A stretch of 64,000 nt of DNA from an uncultured Chitinophagales bacterium (GCA_964572485.1 CAZNGA010000005.1:8400-72399), one strand, 5' to 3'; positions 48,191 to 58,306 are shown, counted from the stretch's first letter. Program-made: numbers and translations. Notes: a model not told the origin generated them from the sequence alone.

Positions 48191-50443
48191 CTAAATATTG
48201 AACCAATAAATAACTTTAATGACCAAAGCTCGATCCTTGATCCTCAAATAGGATAACTCCTCGTCTGGGAAAAGATAGTTATCAGTATATACAATGTAAA
48301 TATCAGACATAGGTTTAAAGCGATACTGGAATCTGCTGTTCACATTAATTTTGCTCGTTTGTGTGTTGTATTGAATAAATGTCGTGAAAAATACACTTTT
48401 AGTAAAGGAAAATTCCAGTTTTGAGCCTAATAGCGTCAATGTTTCATCACTATAACCCTTAGGCAGGTTGATTTCGTCCCTATTTAGCGACACTGAAAAT
48501 ATACCCCAGGGTTGCATTTTCAATGATAGTTCCCCCCTGTACGAAAATTTCGCACCTAAATAATAGCTGCCATTCACAGCTAAAAGTGAATAATAGAGTT
48601 TTTTTCTTAGATCTGATTCGTATTTGATCATCCCATTTCGGTAGCTATATCCTCCGGCAGGGATATTGGGAGCATCCGTAAAGGTAACATCCGTATCATA
48701 GGGCAGCTTTGTGTATATCTCATGATAATGAATCTCTAAAGAACTTGTATTCTGAAAATTGATGATGTAATGTGGCATGATCAATTCCTCTGTGGTAATA
48801 AAATCGTTGTTCATATAATTGTCTACATATAATGCAGGACCATGCTTATTGATCACCTTTGACTTTGGATAGAACATATATTTGATAAATGGTTCCAGCC
48901 GCCAATAAGTTTGCTGGACTATCTTATCATTGACAACATCATAAATTTTATTTCTTGGAACAAATCCTACACCTGCCCTATAATCTCTTCCTACATATTC
49001 ATGGTTCCACATGGCAAATAAATTCTTCGAACTGTATAGTAACCAGCTGGCATGAGCGTAATTGGCCGCAAAGTTCTCAGGTGTTATCGAAGTATGATAA
49101 AACACTTTTCCTGTCCATTTATCATTTTTTGAGGCAAAATTAAAATCCATCCCAGCGATCCGGCTATACTCATTATGGATCAGATCATACTCATTAAAGC
49201 CTTGTTTATTGACAAATATGGCTGCAATATTTGATCGGTCAAACACTCTTCTTTGAATCGCTGCCACCGTATAATTCTGACTATTTACATCTAACTCCCC
49301 TACTCTTTCTGTTTGAATGCTCATTAAGCCGATCCTCCAGTCTTTATTGAGCTTACCGGTCAGCCTGGCACCTCCAATGATGGGTATTCTTTCGGTATCA
49401 TGCAATCCGATCCTCCTTGAAAAAAAAGGTCTTATCTGCCTAAATCCAAAATCCCCGAATAGATCATTATTCTCAAGGAAGAAGGTTCGCTTTTCAGGAT
49501 AAAAAAGATCGTATAGTGTTAAGTTTGATTGTTGGGCATCAACCTCTACCTGAGAAAAATCAGGATTGATAGTAAGGTCTAAATTTAAAGATGAAGTGAC
49601 TGCAACCTTTGCATCTAATCCGCCGCTAATATCAGTATCCTCCGTATTACTATCGTAATCATTATACGACCCGCCAATTGTGTATGGGATCAGGGAAATA
49701 TTCGAGCCCGCTTTTTTCAGGGGAGCATCCCATAACAACTCTCCGGTATAAGCTAAACTGGTAACAATAAAGTTATAGGGAATCGGGGCCCATGTAGAAT
49801 GTTCATTCCTCTTCAGGTCATTCCTCGAAAAGTTGATCCTCCATTTTTGCACCCCCTCTTTATATCGAAGGGTCTTGAAGGGGATCGCAATCTCAACGAT
49901 CCACCTATCAGCATAATTAGTGACCTCAGCAAACCACTTATCGTCCCAATCCGAATGAAATCCAAATTGGCCACCCCCTCCAGAGATCAATCCTTCCATT
50001 TGCACACCGAAAGGATTAACTGCAAATCCATACCCATTTGTCTTATCATAAAAAGGATCGATCACGACTCCAAATACATCATTTAAAGAATAGTCATAAT
50101 CCCGCTTTAACGATGTGATCACATAATCCCCCGGGAGCTCATCATAACAAACAGCTCCTATATAAAGGTACTTATCATCATAGGTCAGCCTTACTTCTGT
50201 TTTTGTATTTGCAAAAGAGGTGTCAGAAGGATATTTCTGATAAAAATTGGTGGCAACCTCCGATTTGGTCCAATCCAACTCTTCCAGTACACCATCAATA
50301 ACGATATCCCCTGTTGCTTTTCTTATATGGATACCATACTCTTTTTCTCCAGCAGACTGTCCAATGACACTGAAAGTGATTATTAGAGATAATATAAATA
50401 AATAGTACTTCTTTATGCTCAAAACAATTTCAAAATGCAGCAC
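48191..50443 (-). CDS. CBM9-like/DUF5916 outer membrane protein
   Basis: IDGVLEELDW CBM9-like N-terminus, DLTINPDFSQVEVD, FYPEKRTFFLEN, FFSRRIG, terminal YWFNI. Confidence 0.85.
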   Translation of the reverse strand: MLHFEIVLSIKKYYLFILSLIITFSVIGQSAGEKEYGIHIRKATGDIVIDGVLEELDWTKSEVATNFYQKYPSDTSFANTKTEVRLTYDDKYLYIGAVCYDELPGDYVITSLKRDYDYSLNDVFGVVIDPFYDKTNGYGFAVNPFGVQMEGLISGGGGQFGFHSDWDDKWFAEVTNYADRWIVEIAIPFKTLRYKEGVQKWRINFSRNDLKRNEHSTWAPIPYNFIVTSLAYTGELLWDAPLKKAGSNISLIPYTIGGSYNDYDSNTEDTDISGGLDAKVAVTSSLNLDLTINPDFSQVEVDAQQSNLTLYDLFYPEKRTFFLENNDLFGDFGFRQIRPFFSRRIGLHDTERIPIIGGARLTGKLNKDWRIGLMSIQTERVGELDVNSQNYTVAAIQRRVFDRSNIAAIFVNKQGFNEYDLIHNEYSRIAGMDFNFASKNDKWTGKVFYHTSITPENFAANYAHASWLLYSSKNLFAMWNHEYVGRDYRAGVGFVPRNKIYDVVNDKIVQQTYWRLEPFIKYMFYPKSKVINKHGPALYVDNYMNNDFITTEELIMPHYIINFQNTSSLEIHYHEIYTKLPYDTDVTFTDAPNIPAGGYSYRNGMIKYESDLRKKLYYSLLAVNGSYYLGAKFSYRGELSLKMQPWGIFSVSLNRDEINLPKGYSDETLTLLGSKLEFSFTKSVFFTTFIQYNTQTSKINVNSRFQYRFKPMSDIYIVYTDNYLFPDEELSYLRIKDRALVIKVIYWFNI

Positions 50444-50606
50444 CTTTTCAAAAACTCATTGTTAGGTACAACGATCTTTCAAGGCAATTTAAATAAATTA
50501 ACTCATCCACACACTGTAATCCGTGACAAACATAGTGGATTTTACAATCATTATAAAAATCACTAAAAATTACTATCTACATCCTATTTTAATAATGGAA
50601 ATTTAC

Positions 50607-50614
50607 TACCTTTG
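50607..50614 (+). promoter_or_regulatory. -7 promoter box (TACCTTTG)
   Basis: Exact match 45 bp upstream of ATG 50659. Confidence 0.55.
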
Positions 50615-50658
50615 ATTGCTACAAAAATTTCATCGTTTTTTAATTAAATAATTGCATC

Positions 50659-51486
50659 ATGAAAAGAATTATTGGTATTTTATTCCTTTTATTGTTAATA
50701 GGAAATTCCGCTTTTTCTCTTAATCCTTCCAGGAAATATGAAATCAAACCTGAAGATTATGGAATGGCTTATGAAAAGTTAACTATTCCTACTGAAGATG
50801 AATTGGTCAATCTTCATGCCTGGTATTTTACACCTAGTGAAGCAACCAAAAGGATTGTCATCATAAGTGATGATGGAGTCGGGAATATGGCTGACAACAT
50901 TGAGTTGGTTAGCCAATGGCTTTCATTGGGGTATCACGTGATATGTTATGATTATAGAGGGTTTGGCGAAAGTAGTGATTTCAACATCAATCCTAAATTT
51001 TACATTTATTCGGAGTTCATGAAAGATCTGACCCATGTGATCAATTATGTAAAAAAATACCATGCGAAACTAACCGTGGTAGACCTTTATGGAATTGGAA
51101 TTGGAGCAGGCTTATCAATGGCTGTTGGATGTAATAATATAAATATCAAAAGAGTTTTGGCAGATGCACCTTATTACTCATTGGAGCATATGAAGAACAG
51201 GATCAAGGATATTCAAGGAGAAACGGTGATCATGCCCCTTGGATATAATAAGTATTTTATGGAACCTAAATATGCTCTTACAGAGCATGGCAAACACCTT
51301 TATGGTATATTGATCATTGTTGGAGAAACAGACCCTGTCATTGGTCCTGTTGAATATAAAATGTTCGCAAAAGGATCTATACCTAAAGTTTCAGTTTATA
51401 TAGCGGAAGGTGTTGTTAACGACCAGAATTTTTCCTCTAATAAAGATGAGTACTTTAACCAGATCAAGAAATTCTTGAAACTGTAA
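50659..51486 (+). CDS. Secreted alpha/beta-hydrolase-fold protein lacking the catalytic Ser
   Basis: LHAWYF, YDYRGFGES, elbow reads YGIGIGAG, IIVGETDPV; signal peptide. Confidence 0.8.
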   Translation: MKRIIGILFLLLLIGNSAFSLNPSRKYEIKPEDYGMAYEKLTIPTEDELVNLHAWYFTPSEATKRIVIISDDGVGNMADNIELVSQWLSLGYHVICYDYRGFGESSDFNINPKFYIYSEFMKDLTHVINYVKKYHAKLTVVDLYGIGIGAGLSMAVGCNNINIKRVLADAPYYSLEHMKNRIKDIQGETVIMPLGYNKYFMEPKYALTEHGKHLYGILIIVGETDPVIGPVEYKMFAKGSIPKVSVYIAEGVVNDQNFSSNKDEYFNQIKKFLKL

Positions 51487-51522
51487 TACGGTTACTTCTT
51501 CTTTGATACAAACATATTTTAC

Positions 51523-51549
51523 AAGGAAGTCATTTTGGCTTCCTTTTTT
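51523..51549 (+). terminator. Intrinsic terminator
   Basis: aaggaagtc-atttt-ggcttcctt followed by tttt, 37 bp after stop 51486. Confidence 0.65.
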
Positions 51550-51580
51550 ATTAATTGATACGATATTGTAATTTGCAGAA

Positions 51581-52984
51581 ATGGATGAAATAACATTTGG
51601 AACGGATGGTTGGCGTGCAATTATTGACAAAGATTATACAGTTGATAATGTTGCCAGGGTTGCCACGGGGACAGCTATTTGGCTCAATAAAAATTATGAG
51701 CATCCAACTGTCACATTGGGTCATGACACACGATCAGGAGGAGAATTGTATGCTGAAGCAGTTGCCAGAGTATTATGTGCTCACAAAATAAAAGTATTTC
51801 TTGCAAAAGAATTTGTTTCTACACCAATGGTATGTCTAGGTATCTTAAAGTTCGAAACAAATATTGGCATCGTAATTACAGCCAGTCATAATCCTCCAAC
51901 ATATAATGGATTTAAATTGAAAGGGGATTTTGGCGGCCCACTCTATCCTGAACATATTAGTGAAGTTGAAAGTTTGATCCCTGATGCAGGGCAAGTCCCT
52001 GATGAGACCATCGAAGCCTACGAAAAGATGGGCATGGTCCAATATGTTGACCTCGAAGGTGAATATTGTCAAGCTATCCAACAAGAGTTTGACCTAAAAG
52101 CAATTCATGAGTCAGGAATCGTGTTGGGATATGATGCGATGTATGGTGCAGGGCAGAATGTAATTAAAAAGCTCTTTCCTGATGCTAAACTGCTTCATTG
52201 CGAAAATGACCCCTCCTTTAAGGGGCAAGCCCCGGAACCTATATCAAAGAATTTATCAGCTCTTTCAGCATTGATCAAGGACTCAGATATTAGCTTTGGA
52301 TTAGCTACTGATGGAGATGCTGACAGGATCGGTATCTGTGACCATGAGGGCAACTTTATTGATTCTCATCACACGATCCTATTGATGATCCACTATCTAC
52401 ACAAATACAAACAGATAAAAGGGAAAGTGGTGGTTGCATTTTCTACTTCTGTAAAGATCAAAAAGTTATGTGAAGCATATGGGATTCCTTACGAGGTAAC
52501 AAAGATCGGATTTAAATATATTGGCAGCAAAATGGTGGATGAAGATGTATTGCTCGGCGGAGAAGAATCTGGCGGAATTGCAATTAAGGGTCACCTACCC
52601 GAACGTGATGGGATATGGAGTGGGATCGTGTTACTTGAGTTCATGGCAAAAACAGGCAAAACTATCCCTGAGCTGATCCATGAGATCTATGATATTGTCA
52701 GCCCATTTGCATATGACCGAAATGATCTGCATATCGATAATGATCTAAAGCTATCCATTATTGCTGATTGTAAAAATGACAAATTTGATAACTTCGGACA
52801 ATTCAAAGTAAAAAGTGTGGAAAAGATTGATGGGTATAAATACTTTTTAGAAGATGATGCTTCTGTGATGATCCGGCCTTCCGGAACAGAGCCTGTGCTG
52901 AGAATTTATGCTGAGGCAATTGATAAAGCTTCAGTCAATGAAATTCTGGAAGCAACAACTTCAACCCTTTTGGAAAAATCTTGA
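51581..52984 (+). CDS. Phosphoglucomutase/phosphomannomutase
   Basis: FGTDGWR, ITASHNP (phospho-Ser), DGDADRIG, GGEESGG, RPSGTEP. Confidence 0.95.
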   Translation: MDEITFGTDGWRAIIDKDYTVDNVARVATGTAIWLNKNYEHPTVTLGHDTRSGGELYAEAVARVLCAHKIKVFLAKEFVSTPMVCLGILKFETNIGIVITASHNPPTYNGFKLKGDFGGPLYPEHISEVESLIPDAGQVPDETIEAYEKMGMVQYVDLEGEYCQAIQQEFDLKAIHESGIVLGYDAMYGAGQNVIKKLFPDAKLLHCENDPSFKGQAPEPISKNLSALSALIKDSDISFGLATDGDADRIGICDHEGNFIDSHHTILLMIHYLHKYKQIKGKVVVAFSTSVKIKKLCEAYGIPYEVTKIGFKYIGSKMVDEDVLLGGEESGGIAIKGHLPERDGIWSGIVLLEFMAKTGKTIPELIHEIYDIVSPFAYDRNDLHIDNDLKLSIIADCKNDKFDNFGQFKVKSVEKIDGYKYFLEDDASVMIRPSGTEPVLRIYAEAIDKASVNEILEATTSTLLEKS

Positions 52985-53053
52985 ACTTTATTATTAAATA
53001 ATATTTGCTCATTTTCATCGCGTACAATTACATTATAATACTTTGTTTCTAAA

Positions 53054-54004
53054 ATGAGGTTTTTATTGTCTTTCATGGTCTTGTTGATGATCTTGTTTTC
53101 CCAACCAAGATCATATGGTCAGCAAGATACTTCCAACTTCCTGAGGACTGCAAAAAGCTACAATGCTAAAAGAGCATGGTTAATTGGCATTTCCGGGGTT
53201 ACAATATATTCAGGTGTTATGGTCGGGCTGAATTCCCTATGGTATAAGGACTATCCACGTTCAAATTTTCACTTTTTTAATGATAATAAGGGGTGGCTTC
53301 AACAAGATAAAGTAGGACACCTCTATACCGCATATTTTACCGGAAAATGGGGGCTAGAAGTATTGAAATGGGCAGGCGTAAAAAATAAAAAAGCGATTTG
53401 GATCGGGGGCTCTTTAGGATCCGTCTTCTTAACCTCCATTGAAATATTAGACGGCTTCTCAGCCGAATGGGGTGCATCGCCTGGCGATTTGATAGCAAAT
53501 ACCTCCGGCTCTTTGTTAATGATCGGCCAGGAACTGATTTGGGAAGAGCAAAGGATCCTTGTAAAATTTTCTTTTCACCCCCCGAATTATGAAGCTATCG
53601 CGGAAAAAAGAGCTGAGAATTTATATGGCAGCACTTTCCGGGAACAACTCATTAAAGATTATAATGGTCAAACTTTTTGGTTATCATGGAATGTGTATTC
53701 ATTTATCAGATCAACTTCAAAATTCCCTAAATGGCTGAATATTTCTTTGGGTTATGGAGCAGAAAATATGTTGGGTGCGGAAAGTAACTTGGTTGCTGAA
53801 AAATCTATTGTTGTAGAAAATTATTCACAATTCCATAGAGAGAGGCAATACTATTTGTCACTTGACATAGATCTTACCAGGATAAGAACAAAATCTCAAA
53901 TACTTAGAACCCTATTTGGATTCATTACTATTCTAAAGATCCCTGCCCCGGCTTTGGAAATTAATAGCCAAGGGAAATTACAGTTCCATCCCATTTATTA
54001 TTGA
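53054..54004 (+). CDS. DUF2279 (YfiM-like) protein
   Basis: HFFNDN.GWLQQDKVGH, EILDGFSAEWGASPGDLIAN, KDYNGQTFWLS, YYLSLDIDLTRI. Confidence 0.85.
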   Translation: MRFLLSFMVLLMILFSQPRSYGQQDTSNFLRTAKSYNAKRAWLIGISGVTIYSGVMVGLNSLWYKDYPRSNFHFFNDNKGWLQQDKVGHLYTAYFTGKWGLEVLKWAGVKNKKAIWIGGSLGSVFLTSIEILDGFSAEWGASPGDLIANTSGSLLMIGQELIWEEQRILVKFSFHPPNYEAIAEKRAENLYGSTFREQLIKDYNGQTFWLSWNVYSFIRSTSKFPKWLNISLGYGAENMLGAESNLVAEKSIVVENYSQFHRERQYYLSLDIDLTRIRTKSQILRTLFGFITILKIPAPALEINSQGKLQFHPIYY

Positions 54005-54654
54005 CCGGTCTTTTCAACCAACAAGAGGTAATAACTAAATAGAAAGTCCCTTTTCAATGTGATCCTTTTCCTTATCGAGCAATTCTTTTCAATCCACATT
54101 TTCTCATAATCTTCTATCGAATATTGGTGAGGATGGAGGATGTCAAAGGGGACCCCTCGAAACAAGAGCTTCATCATCTTATAATTGTGTGCATCAATTG
54201 AGATCAATATCTTGCTTCCGGTTTTGGCTGCACCAACGATATTTGAAATAGACAACCTGATATCATCAACATGATTCAGTGCATTGATACAAAAAATGAT
54301 ATCATATTTCCTGCTTTTTTCCATTCCTTCGATCGATCCGGTGACAAACGTCACTCCGGGATATTCCCTTTTTGAAAAAATGGTTAGTTCATCTTCATAC
54401 GAATCCAACAGGGGGTCAATTGCATCAACAGAATTTTCATTTAGGATCATAAAGATCCCTGCAGGCCCGCATCCTGCATCTAAGATCACATGACCGCTAT
54501 TTAAGGAAAGGTCATCACTTACCCTGGCAAAAAATTCCTTCCAGTATTCCTTTTTCCACTTTAAATAAGTTTGCGCATCCTGCGCCCTCAAATATTTCTT
54601 CCACCACCTGATCTCAGCTTGCTGCGCAACTTTCCATTTCAGGGTTTTTCTCAT
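53998..54654 (-). CDS. Class I SAM-dependent methyltransferase
   Basis: ILDAGCGPAG motif I, YDIIFCINALNHV. Confidence 0.85.
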   Translation of the reverse strand: MRKTLKWKVAQQAEIRWWKKYLRAQDAQTYLKWKKEYWKEFFARVSDDLSLNSGHVILDAGCGPAGIFMILNENSVDAIDPLLDSYEDELTIFSKREYPGVTFVTGSIEGMEKSRKYDIIFCINALNHVDDIRLSISNIVGAAKTGSKILISIDAHNYKMMKLLFRGVPFDILHPHQYSIEDYEKMWIEKNCSIRKRITLKRDFLFSYYLLLVEKTGQ

Positions 54655-54727
54655 AAAGTAACCTTAACTTCGTAAATTAATAATTGCCCAAAGCTGGGTT
54701 AATAAATTCATCATCTCTACAATTCAG

Positions 54728-55522
54728 GTGAAAAATAAACAACAAAACAAGAATAACCAAAACCGGATCTATCTAGCCATGGAGCCGGTACATGAAAAAG
54801 AGGAGATAACGTATTATAAGATACACCTCGTCAACACTGCTTTGTCCGACATCTCCTTTGAATATGTATTCCATTTAAAAGACCGGTTGGATTTCATCTA
54901 TAAGAACATAGTGCCAAAATCCTCTGCCTTTTTTCTAAATACCATACAATTTATAGATCTAAATGACAATCCGGTGCTGGATCTCTCTATCACAAGTAAG
55001 GAAATAGGGCTGAAGATAAAAAAAACGATCAAAATAAAACCAAAGGACCTATCAAGGAAATTACGATATATCCCTGAAATAGATCATGAAGGATATCTTC
55101 TGATCATCCATCAAAAAACAACAGAGAGAAAAGGAGAGGAAATTGTAAATGTGAAGGAAATGGATATTGATCACCTCAAAGAAATGATGCTGGAATCCAA
55201 ATTCATTAAACACACATCCTTACAACAGATGGCTGGCCCTAGTTATAAGATCATCGACCTGCACATTGAGCAACTCCATCCTGGTCACAAAAGGATGAGC
55301 AATGATGAGATCATTCACCACCAGTTAACCTATTTGCAAAAACAGCTTGACAAAGCACTGGAAGAAGGCCTTTCAAAAATGTATGTTGTGCATGGTCTTG
55401 GGAAAGGGAAATTGAAAAACGAGATCTTTGATATCTTATCAACTTACCCTGGAGTACAATCCTATGATAACAGTTATGATAAACGCTTTGGTTTCGGTGC
55501 AACTGAAATAATTTTTAAGTAA
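54728..55522 (+). CDS. Smr-domain protein with DUF2027-like N-terminus
   Basis: IDLHIEQL, VVHGLGKGKLK, GFGATEIIF. Confidence 0.85.
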   Translation: MKNKQQNKNNQNRIYLAMEPVHEKEEITYYKIHLVNTALSDISFEYVFHLKDRLDFIYKNIVPKSSAFFLNTIQFIDLNDNPVLDLSITSKEIGLKIKKTIKIKPKDLSRKLRYIPEIDHEGYLLIIHQKTTERKGEEIVNVKEMDIDHLKEMMLESKFIKHTSLQQMAGPSYKIIDLHIEQLHPGHKRMSNDEIIHHQLTYLQKQLDKALEEGLSKMYVVHGLGKGKLKNEIFDILSTYPGVQSYDNSYDKRFGFGATEIIFK

Positions 55523-55541
55523 TTTTACATAAAATAGAGTT

Positions 55542-55997
55542 GCAGGCTGTTCTATCGCTCTGAACAATGCATGCCATTGATCAGGGAGGAAAGTCCGGAC
55601 AACACAGAGCGCCGCACCTCCTAACAGGAGGGCCTTGAATATTAAAGATCAAAGAGGTGTGTTTACATACCTTAATGATTTCAAGGACAGCAAGTGCCAC
55701 AGAAAATAACCTCCAAATCCGCCGAATGGCGGACGGGAAGGGTGAAAAGGTGGGGTAAGAGCCCACCCTTGTTTCGGGTAACCGTTTCATGGGGCAAACC
55801 TTGCGGGTTGAAAAGCTAAATAGATCCCGATTCGTTAAGTAAGAACTTTGTTCTTGCGTAGAATAGAATCGCTCGTTCAAATTTTCCAATATTTGGAAAT
55901 GTCGGGAAGGGTAAGCTGTTTGACCCTGTTGGTGACAACAGGGCTAGAGAAATGATAGAAGCCCTTCGGGGTAACAGAATCCGGCTTACAGGCCTGT
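55542..55997 (+). ncRNA. rnpB: RNase P RNA (bacterial type A)
   Basis: GAGGAAAGTCCGG at 55586-55598, AGTGCCACAGAAA, GGTAAGAGCCC, GGCAAACC, AACAGAATCCGGCTTAC at 55973-55989; P1 formed by gcaggctgt and acaggcctgt. Confidence 0.95.
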
Positions 55998-56040
55998 GGC
56001 TTTTATTTTTGCAATTTACTAACACTAAAGAGACGATCAC

Positions 56041-56820
56041 ATGAAAAAGATGGTGCTTCTTCTGTTATTGGCATTCCCAACCTATATTATTGCACAACAA
56101 CCCCTCGTTAAACAAACGAAGAACGACACTTTATTCTTTGCCGTTTTGGATGATCCGGGGCTACAAAGAATGGAGATCTATTACGCCAAAGGGATCTTAT
56201 ATGCATCAGGTAACGTGACTCAGGATATGCATCTAAAGGTGGGTATATGGAGAACCTATAGCCTCACTGGTAAATTGACAAAGATTGAAGAATATGCTAA
56301 TGATGTATTGAGTGGATTGTTTCTGTTGTTTAGTCCTAGTGGGTGCCTAATCAAAGAAGAGAATTACAAATCAGGGGAAAAGCATGGAGCGACCAAGACA
56401 TATATAAGTGGTGGAAACTTAATATTTGAAGGTAATTATGTTGATGGAAACTTAGATGGCGTGCGAAAGTTGTATTATGATAACTTTAGTTTGCAGGAAG
56501 AGAGCATTTGGAAAAGTGGTATAAGAAGCGGATTGACAAAATGGTACTACCTGAATGGCAAACTTGCAGCAGAGTTCTATTATAAAGATGGTGAAATGGA
56601 GGGATTGCAGAAAACTTTTTACGAGAGTGGGGCAATCAGAAGTGAACTCTGGTATTCAAAAAAATTGCTTCATGGCTCATGGAAAGAGTTTTTTGAGAAT
56701 GGGCAAGTAAGCATGGAGGGCGAATATGTGAATGGCTATAAAGAAGGGGTATGGAAGGAATACGATGAAAATGGCAAACTGCTGAGTACCAAGAAATTTA
56801 AAAAAGGCATTGAAAAATAA
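56041..56820 (+). CDS. MORN-variant repeat protein (YwqK-like)
   Basis: Signal peptide and repeated G.W..YY.NG.L..E..Y..G units of about 24 aa. Confidence 0.85.
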   Translation: MKKMVLLLLLAFPTYIIAQQPLVKQTKNDTLFFAVLDDPGLQRMEIYYAKGILYASGNVTQDMHLKVGIWRTYSLTGKLTKIEEYANDVLSGLFLLFSPSGCLIKEENYKSGEKHGATKTYISGGNLIFEGNYVDGNLDGVRKLYYDNFSLQEESIWKSGIRSGLTKWYYLNGKLAAEFYYKDGEMEGLQKTFYESGAIRSELWYSKKLLHGSWKEFFENGQVSMEGEYVNGYKEGVWKEYDENGKLLSTKKFKKGIEK

Positions 56821-56884
56821 TATTTAGGAATCCCTAAAATAACTTCTCTAATAACCATATATTTAAACGCAAATAATTGAGATA

Positions 56885-58243
56885 ATGGCAGAAATTCTGA
56901 TCATTGATGATGAAAAGAGTATTCGGAAAACCCTTAGGGAAATTCTCGAATATGAAAAATATAGTGTGACGGATGCCGCTGATGGGCTGGATGGGTTAAA
57001 GAAGATGAGAGCGAATCCTTATGACGTGATCCTGCTGGATATTAAGATGCCGAAAATGGATGGCATGGAAGTGCTCGAGAAGGCATTACAGGAAATGCCC
57101 GATATACCCATCATTATGATCTCCGGCCACGGAACCATTGAAACAGCTGTAGAAGCAGTACGAAATGGTGCCTACGATTTTATCTCAAAACCTCCTGACC
57201 TTAACCGTTTATTGATCTCTATCAGAAATGCACTTGATAAATCAGACTTGATCACTGAAACCAAAGTACTGAAAAGGAAAATTGGAAAGACCAGAGAGAT
57301 CATTGGTGAGTCACCTGGCATCTCCAAGATCAAAGAAACCATTGACCGGGTAGCTCCTACAGATGCACGAGTACTTATTACTGGTGAGAACGGAACAGGG
57401 AAAGAACTGGTAGCTCGTTGGATACATGAAAAAAGTAATAGGGCAACAGGGCCCATTGTTGAAGTGAACTGTGCTGCTATACCTACAGAATTGATAGAAA
57501 GTGAACTTTTTGGGCATGAGAAAGGTGCCTTTACTTCTGCAATGCAACAAAGGATTGGGAAATTCGAACACGCCAATACCGGCACATTATTTCTGGACGA
57601 GATCGGAGACATGAGTCTTTCCGCACAAGCAAAAGTACTCAGGGTACTTCAGGAAAATAAGATCTCAAGAGTGGGTGGGGACAAAGAGATACCTGTTGAT
57701 GTTCGGGTGATCGCTGCTAGTAACAAAAACCTGTCACAAGAGATCGATAATGGTAATTTCAGAATGGATCTTTACCATCGGTTAAGTGTTATTTTGATCC
57801 ATGTACCTTCATTGAATGAGCGGAAAGCAGATATTGCTCTCCTAGCAGAACGGTTTGTCAAGGAGATCTGTGAAGATTATGGCATTCCAAAGAAATCCAT
57901 TTCGCCTAAAGCGCTCCAAGAGCTGCAAAATTATAACTGGACCGGGAATATTCGTGAATTGAAAAATGTCATTGAACGATTGATCATTCTGAGTGAAGAA
58001 AATATCACCGAAACTGACGTGAACAATTTTGCTACCAATGATCAGCAGTCAGAAATGATGTATGGCTCTATTGATAAATTCGACAAGTTTCAAGATTATA
58101 AAGACCATATGGAGAAGCGGTTTATTGAAAATAAATTGAAGATGAATAATTGGAACGTATCAAAAACTGCTGATATGATCTCTATTCAAAGAAGCCACTT
58201 ATATAATAAGATCGAAAAATATGGTTTAGCACGTACCAAATGA
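56885..58243 (+). CDS. NtrC/NtrX-family response regulator (REC-AAA+-HTH)
   Basis: IIDDE and LLDIKMP receiver, GENGTGKE Walker A, ESELFGHEKGAFTSA, LFLDE, WTGNIREL, C-terminal Fis HTH. Confidence 0.93.
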   Translation: MAEILIIDDEKSIRKTLREILEYEKYSVTDAADGLDGLKKMRANPYDVILLDIKMPKMDGMEVLEKALQEMPDIPIIMISGHGTIETAVEAVRNGAYDFISKPPDLNRLLISIRNALDKSDLITETKVLKRKIGKTREIIGESPGISKIKETIDRVAPTDARVLITGENGTGKELVARWIHEKSNRATGPIVEVNCAAIPTELIESELFGHEKGAFTSAMQQRIGKFEHANTGTLFLDEIGDMSLSAQAKVLRVLQENKISRVGGDKEIPVDVRVIAASNKNLSQEIDNGNFRMDLYHRLSVILIHVPSLNERKADIALLAERFVKEICEDYGIPKKSISPKALQELQNYNWTGNIRELKNVIERLIILSEENITETDVNNFATNDQQSEMMYGSIDKFDKFQDYKDHMEKRFIENKLKMNNWNVSKTADMISIQRSHLYNKIEKYGLARTK

Positions 58244-58306
58244 TGAACTCCTGGTCATAAGAAACCCTAGCCAAAAAGATCTTTCAATTCTACATTCAAT
58301 TGTACT

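Noticed and set aside
55581-56040. Track ORFs 55581-55889 and 55816-56040 (minus strand)
   Set aside because: Antisense shadows of the RNase P RNA gene.
56041-56820. YwqK-like protein as the antitoxin of a TA system
   Set aside because: No toxin neighbour; generic MORN repeats with a signal peptide.
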